Shown: one piece after another, positions 34,951 through 48,269 of the stretch
Position numbering within the stretch: the first letter of the stretch is position 1
How the letters are laid out: every line of letters starts with the position of its first letter
NCBI GenBank assembly: GCA_030390025.1
Contig: CM059429.1
Location: 137,950,001-138,014,000, forward strand
Direction: 5' to 3'
Length of the DNA: 64,000 nucleotides
Source of the DNA: Squalus acanthias
Lineage: Eukaryota
Position numbers and translations under genes: made by a program
The notes under the pieces: generated by a model
Told to the model about the DNA's origin: nothing
What the model saw: the letters and a program-made list of their open reading frames with translations, nothing else
Databases searched by the model: none

Positions 34951-36140
34951 GAATGTTTGTTTGGTTTGTGGAACAGTATAATGACACCACGCACTGCTGA
35001 TCTCTCTCTTGCAGGCGAAGTGATGCATGATGGCTAAAAACCTCGATGAGAGAAAGGCTAAAACAAACCATCTAGTACAACTCCTGTCTTCTATTTATCT
35101 CCAGCACATGCTAAGGAGCAGAGCATTTCTTTCTCTGCTCGGGGTGTGTATGCTATTTTTGTTCCGTACAGATTAGTGAACGAGCCAAGTGCCAACATCA
35201 CTTAGTGGGACTTATTACCATAGTACTACTAAAAGTTTTTTCAAGTTTTTAATCTGAATGAGTGAAATATACTTTACTAAAAATTAGGATTTTTAAATTG
35301 ATTTTGCTTAGAATTTTATTTTAAAGTAGTGGCTTTTATATGATGGCACTTAAATGTATAAATTTAATAACTCAAATCACAACCACTGACTGGGTTCCAG
35401 TTGTTCACTCAGTCAATTTCTCGTTTTTTTTTTTATGTTTTTTCACCAAGGGAATTGTAACTCTCTTCCTACAGGCCCTTGGAAGTGTGTACCAGACTTG
35501 CACTGGCAATACAGTTGTTGACTGACCTCCTGTGTATTCAGGCATTTCCTGTTATTTCAGATTTCCAAATTGTACAGTTTTTTTATTTTATATTTTGTCA
35601 AATAATCAATTATTTAGGTGATGGAATGCACCAGCCAACCATCTTGAATACACCACTGTTGGAATTAGCCCTGTGAGGGATGTTGCTGGTCCTAGAATAT
35701 TGTATGTACCGGAACTGAATTCCAAGGCAGGTGTTTGATGAAACATTCAGATGTGCATCCCCAAATTTCTTTTGTCTGGAACACGAGCCATTTTGCAGTG
35801 GCTTTGCTGCTGACACTTGAATGTGACACAAATATGATGCTTTCTGTCTTTAATGAGGAGGCAGCATTTTAAATCCTTCAAGATGAGCAATCCATGAAAC
35901 AGAGCCTGCTTAGGAAAGACCCAGGAGAACTGTGATTGCATCTTATAGTGTGTATGATGGATGGATGGTGATTGGTGCACAGTGAGTGGAGTGGAACGTG
36001 TTCATCCAGCTTGAACCATCACTACGCTCCTTTTCTTATTTCGGATGCCACTTACAGAAGTTTACCCTGTGGTGGTTTAGATTTCACACTTTCACACGTT
36101 TTCTGTTGTTTAGATTTCACACTAGTTGTGGTAGGTAGTA

Positions 36141-36540
36141 CAGGAAACTCTTTATTAACCGGCACCGACAGGACCGGCGTGGTGCCGGTTTATCGAAAGT
36201 TCCGGATAACGGAGAGTTATATCTACCGAGGCTATTTTTAACAAAGAAAAATAAATAAATCAAGAAATGTGCAGTATACTTCCGACAGCGCCAGGAGGCC
36301 GAGTAGTGGCACTTTTGAAAACTACCCCTACTGACTAAATCGGCGTTCTCGGACTCGGACTCGGGATCGGCAACATTGCCGGTTATTTGAGAGGAGTTTT
36401 CGGAGTACTCTGCGTTCGCGGATACTCGACTGCGACTCGGCAACATTGCCGGTTATTTGAGAGGAGTTTTCGGAGGATGATTTTTGCCGGTTAAGCGAGA
36501 ATTCCGGATATTTGGGTGCAGGGTAAACAAATGTTTCCTG
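36141..36540. mobile_element. Tc1/mariner (pogo/Tigger-like) MITE, 400 bp
   Basis: TA target duplications 36139-40 and 36541-42. TIR CAGGAAAC/GTTTCCTG. Recurrent ccgg(a/t)ta motifs and an internal 38-bp duplication. Confidence 0.75.
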
Positions 36541-36739
36541 TAGTGTTAGAAAAGATCTAATAGAAAAGTTTTTTGTATTGTCAGAGGTAAATAACCAGGG
36601 GTGTATGCAGCCAGTTTAAAATTGGCCACACTTCCAAAGGATGTATCTGTGCCATAACCACTAGTGCACACATTTCTGAGGGTGGGGGGGGGGGAATTAA
36701 GCTTTTTACTTCACAATTGCTAAATTTTTAATTTTAAAA

Positions 36740-36787
<48 letters not shown>

Positions 36788-37280
36788 ATATGCCTATGCT
36801 TTGCTGTGTAATTTCCTGTCTGGGTACACAGCTTAGATCGTGGGTAGGAAACCCACTCTGTGATACCACATGCTGGTGCTTGATTTAAAAATCCACTCAT
36901 TTTCCTGTACCTGTATCAATTCTTGAAATATTATTTCTGCTCTTAAAAGGGTCTAACATATTCCCTTCAGGCTACTGATTTGCTGAGTGTTATTTTGGAC
37001 TTTGAATATGTTTATGAAATCTCGAAGTGAGATATATTCTTCTGCCTATTGCTTTGCACATTTGGATTAACCGAAACATGTCACTTAGTGTAAAGACAAA
37101 AATTGTTAAACTAAAATGCATAAAACATGCAAACTCTTAAGAACAGTTCAAGTTTTTTTTTAAATATCTGCTTAAACTCCCTTCTTCTGTATAAAGTTAC
37201 TTAAGTGTTTCTTAGCTGTAAGTTGCATTTTTCCCCAAATGTATGTATACAACGCAAGCTTTGTGTTCAGTATTTTGTTA

Positions 37281-37286
37281 ATTAAA
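37281..37286 (+). promoter_or_regulatory. Candidate PTGFRN polyadenylation signal (ATTAAA), implying a ~4.2 kb 3'UTR
   Basis: ATTAAA preceded by U-rich/TGTA elements and followed by GT/T-rich sequence. Inference only. Confidence 0.35.
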
Positions 37287-38370
37287 GTTTGCTCATGGTT
37301 TGTATTCATATGATTGCTGAATGTTTCTAAAGTTTTCATTCCTTATTAGTTCATCTCTGTGGCATTGCTTTGAGACAAATGTGCCTATCTTCCAGTAACT
37401 GGCTCTCTGTCTTCCATTCTCTCTGATTATTTCTATTCTCTTTCTCATTGTTTCTCATGTGCAGAATGGGGGCAAAAAGGTTCAATTTGGCAAGGCTATG
37501 TCCTGCTCCCCAAGGCTGCCTGAGATATACCCGACGCCATATTGGCACAGGGCCTGCTCCACTCTTTTTGGTTCCTTCAGCAGCCTAGCCAGTGGTCGTT
37601 AAAGAGACTGCTGGAGGCCACCACGAAATACACAAGAATGTGGAGCCAGGAGAAGCAGGAATGCCCCCTTGGTTCCAAAGCAGTTTGCATGCTTGCCCGT
37701 CTCTTGATCTGCTCCTCCCGCGTCCCCAGGATCTACCTGAGTGCCACAGCTGGCATGTCAGCCGACCCAAATTTCAGCTCTGGAGGCCCAACCGGTACCT
37801 GCAGCTCGCCAGAAATATTATGAGGCCTGAGGCCCACTTTCAGATGAGCTTTGGGGTTCTGGCATGCACTCTGAGCGTGTCGCCTTCGGCCTATGTCTTC
37901 CACTCTATATGCCTAGGAAAGTATGTGCGTGCGCGTGCTCTCTCTTGCCTTCCTTCATCTCTTTCTACTTGTATTTTTCTCCCTTCTATCATTTTTACAT
38001 TCTCCATTCTTTTATGTTCTTACTATTTCAATCTTGTGTATTGTTTTCTTCTCTTGCTTTTCTTTTCACTTTTTTCTCATTTGTTTCTCTCTTCCCTTTT
38101 CCTCTTATCTTCTGTGATCTGGTGGTAGACTTGAGACCCTAACTCTACTAAGTCCACCTATAACTGTATCTCCATGGGTATGAAGCTGCAGCACTCCTTT
38201 CAAGTCTCCATGGTAATTCTGAATCTCCCTTTTGGAAATGTCCAACCACCATAGAAACATTTGATCAAATTATAGAGCTGGCAATTTCTCCCATCACCAC
38301 CCAAACTCCAGTATCACCTGGCTTTTTTTTTTGCAGAATTGGTATTTGGAAGAAGCTGGGCAGACCTGGT

Positions 38371-38577
38371 ACATAAGAATTAGAAGCAGGAGTAGGCCAT
38401 TCGGCACCTCTAGCCTGCTCCGCCATTCAATAAGATCATGGCTGATCTTCTACCTCGACTCCACCTTCCCGCACTATCCCCATATCCTTTGGTGTCCAAA
38501 AATCTATCGATCTCGGTCTTGAATTATACTCAATGACTGAGCCTCCACAACCCTCTGAGGTAGAGAATTCCAAAGAT
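38371..38577 (-). mobile_element. CR1 3' end
   Basis: acataagaattagaagcaggagtaggccattcgg..gtagagaattccaaagat. Confidence 0.8.
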
Positions 38578-40849
38578 GTATTGCTCCAAGGATGTTTGCA
38601 GTGCTAAGTAGTTTAAAAAAGCAAATGTCTTTATCAACCTACTGCTATATGCATGGAGATTTGAGTCACAAGCAAGAAGCTCAGAATGGTGCCTGGAGTT
38701 GGAGGTGGATTAGACAGGCCTGGGAGCTTTGGATGCTGGGTCTTGGGTAGATGAATCTGGGTGTGGAGAGCCAGGCCGTGGGTCAAAATGGCAGCCAAAA
38801 GATACCCCATCTTGGATTACATGCTGGTTGGATTGCTGCTAAGCACTAATCAGAAAAATTGTAAACGTGATGAATTGGAGCTCAAATTCAGTGGTCCCAA
38901 GATTACAATGGACCGATGAGCTTGTGCAAAGTGGGGTGTATTTTTTTTTTATAGAACACGTCTGTATAATACATCCGGTCCCTCTGACTTTACAAATCTT
39001 TAAACACCAACAAAAAAAAGTGCACAAATAAAGGCCTATTTACTGCAGGATGTTATTGTTATGTTTTTAGGTGTTGCTAAGATATTTCAGCTCAGCGCCA
39101 AAGTGAGCCCTTGTTCCTGACAAACTGGATTGTGATCTGATGTTGTGCAATATCTGGGAATGTAAGTCTTGTTACTGTCAAACAAAGCAAAATACTGCAG
39201 ATGCTGGAAATCTGAAATAAAAACAAAATGCTGGAAACACTCAGCAGGTCAGGCAGCAGAGATCTGACGATATTGGCTCGGGCACTATATGTAAACTGCC
39301 CGAGTCTGGGAATTCCCACAGGGTGAACCAAGTAACTGTGGCATGGAAGATTTCCCACTCTGCTATTCTTACAGTGGCAGAGCAGGATTGCATTTTTTAT
39401 AGCTTCTACGCCTATAGTGACACATTTAAAATGGCCAGTCACGTTAATATAAAAAAAAAATGAACTTGCACTGTGATAAAATTCCTGTTGTTGCAGTACA
39501 TCTATTTCCCTGTCACCATCAGATGTGTGTCTCGAATATAGTTGATAGAATAGTGCCCTCTTTATACTGGTTTTAAGGAGTGATTACATTGTAGCCCAAG
39601 GCTGCCAGTGCTGTGGAATCTACTCCTTTTATGGTGTGTGCTGGATTTCACAGCACCAGATCAACAAACTAGTAACTGTGCATGTCTGAAAGTTGCTATT
39701 CACTTTGTTGCTGACCCTGGGACCTTCCATGATGACTGGGGATAGACTGTACAGCCCAGCAAGCAAAAAAAAAACCTGCATTACTGGAAGAGTGCCTCTT
39801 CCTCCAGTCAGGGTATTTAAATTTGCCAGTCATGTGCTGCTGTCTCCAGTGGCTCTTGGAGAAACCACTTGTAGGTAGGCCGAGGTATTGCCTCATCTAT
39901 TTTGCAGAGATGCCACCGAACTCAGGACTGCCATTAGTGACTGTGCTGTGAAGGAGGCAATAGTGAGATCAGTAATCCAGCTTGCTCTGCATGGAACTGT
40001 TTTGGTGTCTTCACAAGTTGACTAGTGGTGGAGGCTTATGAGTTTGGCAGAATCTGGTTGATGCATCAACTCAAATGCTGGCAACTAATATCTGCTGCAA
40101 ACAGAATCTGCTCAATAATTTAACAACTAGTATTCAGAATTATTTGAACATAGTGACATTAATGTCAACCAAATAATTAGTTCACAGACTTGATGCTGAC
40201 ATTTATTTAAATAACCTTCTGTCTTCAATTTATCTCAAAATAATTGAATTAAAAACATTTAAAAAAATTGTGCTCATGCAGATCAAGTCTGAATGTTGAT
40301 ACATTTATGAAGATACATTTTTTTTAAATAGTGACATGCAGAGAAGCTAAACTAAATGAACGTCATTGAAAATAAGTAACAGTTTGCATATAACTCTCAA
40401 TCCGAGTGCACTGTTATCACTACTGCCCATCTATAACTATAATATTCAGACTGCCATCTATTTTTAATCTAGAGGAATTGAATTCTTTAATGGCAGGTGT
40501 TGTAAGTTAGATAAGAATGGATAGTTTAAACACTACTTCAGATTAATGGGGATGTTGAGCAGTTTTTAACCATTGAATTTGTACTGTATTAAAATCTATT
40601 ATTGAACCCACAATTAACTGATAGCGGCTCTTAAAAGAGTCTCACCTTTTACTCTTGTCTGAATTGAAGATATGGCACTAACGTTGCTATTATAAAGAAT
40701 CTTCCGGGAAAGTGTATAATGGAAACCATTTTTTTTGAAAATGTTAACCAACTTGCACTCCTGACCTCAAAAGGGCTGTTGGCATCCAGTTCAACTCTTG
40801 TAAAAATTGGACTTTGACGATATTGGAATGATTGTGACCATTACAGCGC

Positions 40850-41260
40850 AACAAGAGTTGCTGACACTAATCTGACCTCCATGTTTGTGCCAGGAATGTG
40901 AGCTGCTCAACATTCGACCCTAAAAAGCTTTTACAAAATGTCAGCAGCTAAGCTTCATCCATATTTCTTCTGTTGAACTTTCTCCCAGACAGTGTCATTG
41001 CCAAGACCTCTGTCACTTGTATGGAATACACATTAAACATTGATATTTTGGAACTCAGCCATTGATTCTCCAGTATAACTTCTCCAGGTTTTCTGTGCTC
41101 CCAGCAATGCCAGAAATTGTCGTCTTCAAAGTTATTTTTGGCTGGCACCTTCTAGACTCAGAAGTTCGATTTATCTGGAAAGAGATATGGGGTAGAACAC
41201 GATGGATCTGCTCTGTTCATAACAAATTGACGATGTTCACTGCAGCCTATAGTGTTTATC
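40850..41260 (-). pseudogene. Degraded viral L fragment (palm motifs B-D)
   Basis: Minus strand: YEQSRSIVFY, LEGASQK (41135-41155), TTISGI..RING, LGESSTEEIWM (~40956-40988), FVKAF*GRML (~40909-40938), in canonical order. Confidence 0.5.
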
Positions 41261-41924
41261 TAATAACTGGACCCAGCCAAATAATACGCTGAAAAAGCAT
41301 CAGTATACTCTGCTGTTTGAATAAAATGTTGATGCAAAAACAGATTAATGAGCTCACATTAGTATAGATAGGAGCTAAGGTTGTGTTCTATGCAGCTTCA
41401 TGATGACGGTAGCCTGGGAAACAACGGCACCTCTTCATGGCCAATTTACAAGCTGTGCTTTATTTCACTTTCTGTTGTGCTTGCCTTGAGCAAGGACTTT
41501 AATATTTGATGGACAGTTGTGAATAATCATGAGCTACATATGTGAGCATGAAATTCCTCAGGAAAATTTCTAAGTTTCCCTTGAAATTCAAGAGTGATCC
41601 ATAATCCATTTAGCTGTCTGACTTTCTTTTGACTCCGCTAAGTGCTTAAAACTGCATTTCGCAACATGAAGCGGAGTGATTGATCTGTTATTTTGGCAGT
41701 TTAATAGAATTTATACTGAATTCACTGCTGCCAAATCGTCTTGGTGCCTGTAATCAGAGCAAATTTAGTTTAGTAATAGGGCAGAAAGTAGCAGTATCTT
41801 CCTGTATTTCCTCCTTTTAATGAAATAAAAGTGGTTGGAAGTCAAAGATTATGATTTACATCAAGCTTTGCTACATTTAGCAGTATACTAGAAATTACAT
41901 GGAAACCCCTTTCTTCCTCAAAAA

Positions 41925-42363
41925 TGAGAAGTCGCACAACACCAGGTTATAGTCCAACAGTTTTATTTGAAATCACAAGTGAAGAAATACAGAATCGACA
42001 AAGCATATATAGATAGAGCACAATGCATGTGTAACTTACAATGGCAGACGACTACATTTAAATCCTCCTGACTGTTTATCTGCCGAGGTGTGACAAAAGG
42101 CAATCAGGTCAGCCAGGAAGGTACCACATCAAAGACATAGCAAGATGCAACTGAGACAATGAGGTGGAGTTACAGGAGGTCTAATGTGTCAAAAGCTGCA
42201 GTTGGTATGGGAAACGATAAACTTTAAAATATTTACTTTTTTACTGGGAATCACATCTGTGAACAAGCCCACGACGACTCGAGTCTGGATCACATCATGT
42301 ATCGTGACATAAACCCAAGATCCCGCTTGAGGCCGTCCTCATGAGTGCGGAACTTGGCTATTA
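41925..42363 (-). mobile_element. Penelope family-A 3' end, hammerhead deleted
   Basis: Minus strand encodes the GIY-YIG C-terminus IAKFRTHEDGLKRDLGFMSRY, followed by the shared 3' terminal sequence. Confidence 0.75.
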
Positions 42364-42534
42364 TTCCTCAAAAATAATCCCTAAATTCTTGTTCACCTTG
42401 TCCTGTTGGCCTTTCCCTGCGGACAGCTTCATTCATTGGTAGAAGACAGGTTATGGGAATATTGCCAATAATGAAGCACATTTGATGTGTGGTGGGAGGG
42501 AATCCCTCACGACGAACTCAGTGTGAGGCCCTCG

Positions 42535-43090
42535 GACCTCATTTAAATAATCCAGGATAGTTTTCCGGCCAAAACCAGCGGGAGTAACGTTGGGGCTGGT
42601 GGGCAGGAGCAAAAATCAGGTCAACAGCCTGAGGCTGCTGGGTACCCAAGGGAATGGTCCCTGGCATAAAATTAACACTGGGCAGAGGCTTTGGCAGTTG
42701 ATACCAGTGCTGGGAGGGAGGTGAGGCTAGGGAGGCAGGCCCAAGGACGCCTGCTCCTCCTGGCCCACAAGGATTCCACAGAAAAGGGTGGTTTTTTTGA
42801 CTTGCCATAGCCTCTTCTGGCCACTGCACAACTCCCTCCATGGTTCGGTTGTCCGGATCGGCCCCGCACACGCCTCCTGAATCCAGTAGTTAAAAAGCCA
42901 TTGTGGTGCTGATGATGTCATCGGGCCACAAATTTTTAATAAAAAGTAGCCCCTCTCGTTCCTGAATTAAGGCAAGTAAAGATGGCGAGGGGCGGGAACG
43001 TGGTGCGATTTACAAACCCCCCCCACCAAAAAAAAAATCCATCACCTTAATCCCCTGCCCACACTGTTCTTGCCAGGCTGGGGGATTCAA
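42535..43090. mobile_element. GC-rich MITE family C
   Basis: gctcctcctggcccacaaggattcc and gataccagtgctgggaggg shared with 58440-59090. Confidence 0.65.
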
Positions 43091-44399
43091 ATGTACCTCT
43101 TTTTTTTCTAAAATGGTGATTACAGCTGATGATTGTAGATTAAAGCCTAATCTGTTTAGAAACGCTTCTTCAAAGCTATTGCGTCTTTCATTCTTTCTGT
43201 GAACACTTGGGAATGAGCTCAAACAAAACACTGAAACTTTAATTCATGTGTTGGCACTAAACGTAGGCACAGTGTCTCAAAAAAGTGACCCCTTCTGCTC
43301 CACATTTAAAAGGCTGATATGGTTCAAATGAGATGTTTATCAGGTTTATAGTTTTTTCTGATATATGCTGGTTCAAAACCTCATTTTAAACACTTTTTTA
43401 ATGATTCTAAATAATATTCAGTTAAAATTTTACTCTGCAAATAACAGGAACTAACTGTGCCTCTTGTAGGCATTGCTATACTGGCTAGAAATGATTCTTC
43501 TGCCTGGTGAGTATATACATAAAATTTCCATAATGTGACTTGCAGCAACAGAATCCAATTAGAATGAATGATCAACTCAGTTTAGTAATGGAATGTATCT
43601 TTGTATTGGTTTTAACGCTGATGCTTAAAGGACATCTCTGCATCCTCGAATCATTCCTCAAACAATCTGGGCAGTCTAACAGCAGAAAAAGGAGAAACAA
43701 ACTTGTTTTCTTTTTTTCTCACCTTATTTTATAACTGATGGTCTTTCCCACTTCTGTAATAAATTTCAGTGTTACTGTGATACTGTTTGTTTCAGGGGAA
43801 ATGCAAGTAAAGAAAATCTGATCATTTCAGTTAGTGAGCTTGAAGAAAATGTGGCCCAAGATTTTTAGGGGTATTAGAATGCTACTATTGCTTCCTCAGG
43901 GCTCACAACAAATCCAGCTGAGACAGAATTTAGCAACTTCAGATCTATTTGTTTCCACCAAAGTTCCCTTTCATATTCTCCCATTTACATTCCACCATTT
44001 TACTTTCTATTTTCAAGCCATTTTACCTACTTTTGGCTTTCTAATGTCACTCCACGCAGCTTGAGTAAGATCTAGCATCACTTTTTTTTTCAACAGTTTT
44101 TGAAATCAGTTTATAGGGAATTAAAACCACTACCTGTTTCTTTATAAAAGCAGTTGGTATTCTGTACTGTTGACCTTGATCTGTTTTTCTCACTTCCCCT
44201 CTATGTTTTGGTTGATCCTATAAGGAGGTTGCTCTAGCCTTCCTGTACCAGTTCCAATGAAATGTCTACACCTGAAACATTAAGCTGTCTTTTCACTTTC
44301 AGCTGCAGTTAGACATGCTGTGTATACCCAGAATGGTGATGACACGTAATCTTGCTGATATTTCTTGCCTGGGTATAAACAGCCTATTTATATGTCCTC

Positions 44400-47300
44400 G
44401 TGGGAAGGTTAACTAGTGTTGTGGGGGAGGGTTTAAACTAATTTGGCAGGGGGGTGGGCACCAGGATGAAACATTAGAGAGGAGAAACAAGATGCACAGA
44501 GGACTGGGAGAGGTGAATAGTTCAGAAATAGGAGTGATCAGACGGGGCAAATACGAATCAGTCTAGGTTGAGATGGAAGTGCATGTGCGTAAATGCACGG
44601 AGCGTGGTAAATAAAGTTGGTGAGCTGCAGGCGCAAGTTGTCGCAGAGGACTATGATTATAGTGGCAATAACAGAGGCCTGGCTTAAAGAACAGGTGGAT
44701 TGAAAACTTAATATTCCTGGCTACAAGGTATTCAGGAAAGATAGGGAAGGCAATAAAAGGAGGGGGTGTGGCAGTATTGATCAAAGAAACTATTATAGCT
44801 CTGGAGAGGGATGATTTGTTGAAGGGTCAAAGACAGAGTCTATTTGGTTAGAATTAATGAACAATAGAGGGGCTATTATGCTACTGGGTGTGTACAATAG
44901 GCCACCAAATCGTGGGAAGGAGATAGAGGAGCAAATTACAGAAAGATGCAAGCACTGCAGAGTAGTGATAATGGGGGACTTCAGTTATCCTAATAGACTG
45001 GGATAGTAGCAATGTAAAGGGCAAAGAGGAGGAGGAATTCCTGAAATGTGTACAAGAGAATTTTCTTGATCAGTGTGTTTCCAGCCCAATGAGGAAGGAA
45101 GCAGTGCTGGATCTAGTTCTGGGGAATTAAGTGGGGCAAGTGGACCATGTTTCAGTGGGAGAGCATTTGGGGAACAGTGATCATAATATCAGGTTTCGAA
45201 TAGTTATGGATAAAGATAAGGTACAATCAAGTGTAAAAATACTTAACTGGAAGCGGGCTAACTTCAGTGATTTGAAAAGGGATCTGGCTCAGGTGGATTG
45301 GAATCAAAACTTTAGACAAAACAGTAATTTGAACAAAGAGAGGCCTTCAAAGAGATGGTTCGGGTAAAGAGTAGACACAGTCCTATGAGAGGGAAAGAGA
45401 GGGCATCCAAACCAAGAGCTCCCTGGATGACTAAAGATATAGAGGTTAAAATGAGATAGAAAAAGGAGGCTTTTGACTATTTTAAGGTTCATAATACAGT
45501 AGAGAACCAAGCTGAATATAGAAAGTACAGAGGAGATCTAATAAAGGGAATAAGAGGGGCAAAGAGTATGAGAATAGCTTAGCGGCTAACAAAAGGGAAC
45601 CCTAAAGGGACAATAAGCTGTGAGGAGAACACAAGAGTCTGCAAAGGGATATAGATAGACTAACTGAGTGGGCGGTAAGGTGGCAGATGGAGTATAATGT
45701 AGGGAAATGTGAAGTTATTCACTTTGGTAGGAAGAATAGAAAAACAGAATATTTTTTAAATGGTGAGAAACTTTCAAATGTTGGTGTTCGCAGAGATTTG
45801 GGTGTCTTTGTGCAAGAAACACAGAAAACTAGCATGCAGGTACAGCAAGCAATAAGGAAGGAAAATGGCATGTTGGCCTTTATTGCAAGGGGGTTGGAGT
45901 ATAAGAGTAAGGAAGCCTTGCTACAATTGTACAGGGCTTTGATGAGATCACACCTGGAGTACTGTGCACAGTTTTGGTCTCCTTATCTAAGGAAGGATAT
46001 ACTTGCCTTGGAGGCGGTGCAACGAAGGTTCACTAGATTGATTCCTGGGATGAGAGGGCTGTCCTATGATGAGAGATTGTGTAGCATGGGCCTATACTCT
46101 CTGGAGTTTAGAAGAATGAGAGGTGATCTCATTGAAACATACAAGATTCTGAAGGGGATTGACAGGGTAGATGCTGAGAGGTTGTTTCCCCTGGCTGGAG
46201 TGTCTAGAACTAGGGGGCATAGTCTCAGGATAAGGGGTAGGCCATTAAGACTGAGATGAGGAGGAATTTCTTCACTCAGGGTTGTGAATCTTTGGAATTC
46301 TCTGCCCCAGAGGGCTGTGAATGCTGACTCTTTGAGTATATTCAAGGCTGAGATAGATAGATTTTTGGACTCTAGGGGAATCAAGGGATATGGAGATCGG
46401 GCAGGAAAGTGGAGTTGAGGTCGATGATCAGCCATAATCTTATTGAATGGCGGAGCAGGCTCGAGGGGCCATATGGCCTACTCCTGCTCTTATTTCTTAC
46501 GTTCTTTTATAAAGGCATAAATAGTCAAAGGAAGGGTGGGGCCGATATAAGGACCAAAAATGAGATGATCTTGTGGAGGCAGAGGTCATGGGTGAGGTAC
46601 TAAATGAATACTTAACATCTGTCTTCACTAGAGGATGCTGCCAATGTAACAGTAAAGGAGGAGGCAGCAGCAATATTGGATAGGACAAAAATAAAGAGGA
46701 TGTACTTAAAAGGTTAGCAGTCCTCAAAATAGAAAAGTCAACCAGTCCGGATGGGATGCATCCTAGGTTAGAGGGAAGTTAGGTTGGAAATTGTGGAGGC
46801 TCTGGCCACGATCTTCCAATCCCACTTGGATATGGGGGTGGTGCCAGAGGACTAGAGGATTGCAAATGTTACACCCCTGTTTAAAAAGGGGGGAGAGCGA
46901 TAAAGCTGGCAACTACTGGCCAGTCAGCCTAACATCCGTGGTGGGTAAACTTTTAGAGACAATAATCCGGGAGAAAATGAATTGACACTTGGAAAAGTAT
47001 GGGCTAATAAATGATAGTCAGCACGGATTTGTTAAAGGCAAATTGTGTTTGACTAACTTGATTGAGTTCTTTGATGAAGTAATGGAGATGGTTGATGAGG
47101 GTAGTACGGTTGATGTTGTGTATATGGACTTTCAGAAGGCGTTTGACAAAGTACTACATAATAGACTTGTTAGCAAAATTAAAGCCCATGGGATTAAAGG
47201 GACAGTGGCAGCATGGATACAATATTGGCTAAGGGACAGAAAGCAGAGCGTAGTGGTGCACAGTTGTTTTTCAGACTGGAGGGAAGTATACAGTGGTGTT

Positions 47301-48262
47301 CCCCAGGGGTCGGTATTAGGACCACTGCTCTCTTTGATATATTAATGACCTGGACTTTGGTATACAGGGCATAATTTCAAAGATTGTAGATGATTCAAAA
47401 CTCAAATGCAGTAAACAATGAGGAGGATAGTAACAGACTTCAGGAGGACATAGACTGGTAAAATAGGCAGAGACATGGCAGATGAAATTTAACTCGGAAA
47501 AGTGTAAAGTGATACATTTTGGTAGGAAGAATGAGGAGAGGCAATATGAACTAAATGGTACATTTTTAAACGGGGTGCAGGAACAGAGACCTAGGGGTTT
47601 AGGTACACAAATCTTTGAAGGTGGCAGGACAAGTTGAGAAGAAAGCATATGGATCCTTGGCTTTATTAATAAAGGAAGAGTACAAAAGCAAGAAAGTTAT
47701 GCTAAACCTTTATAAAACATTGGTTAGGCCTCAGCTGGAGTAATGTGTTCAATTCTGGGCACCACACTTTAGGAAGAATGTCACAGTCTTGGAGAGGGTG
47801 CAGAAGAGATTTGCAGAATGGTACCAGGGATGAAGGATTTCAGTTACGTGGAGATACTGGAGAAGCTGGGGTTGTTCTCCTTTGAGCAGAGAAGGTTAAG
47901 AGGAGATTTGATAGAGGTGTTCAAAAATCATGAATGGTTTTGATAGCGTAAATAAAGAGAAACTGTTGAAAGTGGCAGTAACAACAGGACGCACATTTAA
48001 GATGATTGGCAAAAGAACCAGAGGGGACATGAGGACATTTTTTTTGAACACGGTGAATTGTTGTGATCTTGAATGCACTTCCTGAAAGGGTGGTGGAAGC
48101 AGATTCAATAGTAACATTTGAAAGAGAATTGAATGAATACTTGATGAGAAATTTACAGGGCTCTGGGGAAAGAGCAGACAGTGGGATTAATTGGATAACT
48201 CGACCAAAGAGCCAGCACAGGCACGATGGGCCGAATGGCCTCCTGTGCTGTATCATTCGATG
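44400..48262 (+). mobile_element. CR1 LINE (APE to RT to 3'UTR) with a nested younger CR1 3' fragment (45606-46505)
   Basis: Outer element: VNARS, GDFS, SQHGFVKGK, YMDFQKAFDKV, GVPQGSVLGP. Inner element: open ORF MEYNVGKC..LEYCAQFWSP with its own 3' tail. Confidence 0.92.
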
Positions 48263-48269
48263 ATAATAA

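Noticed and set aside
37592-38142. 178-aa ORF with a hydrophobic tail
   Set aside because: It runs from a GC-rich repeat into T/C-rich low-complexity DNA, so it is a compositional artefact.
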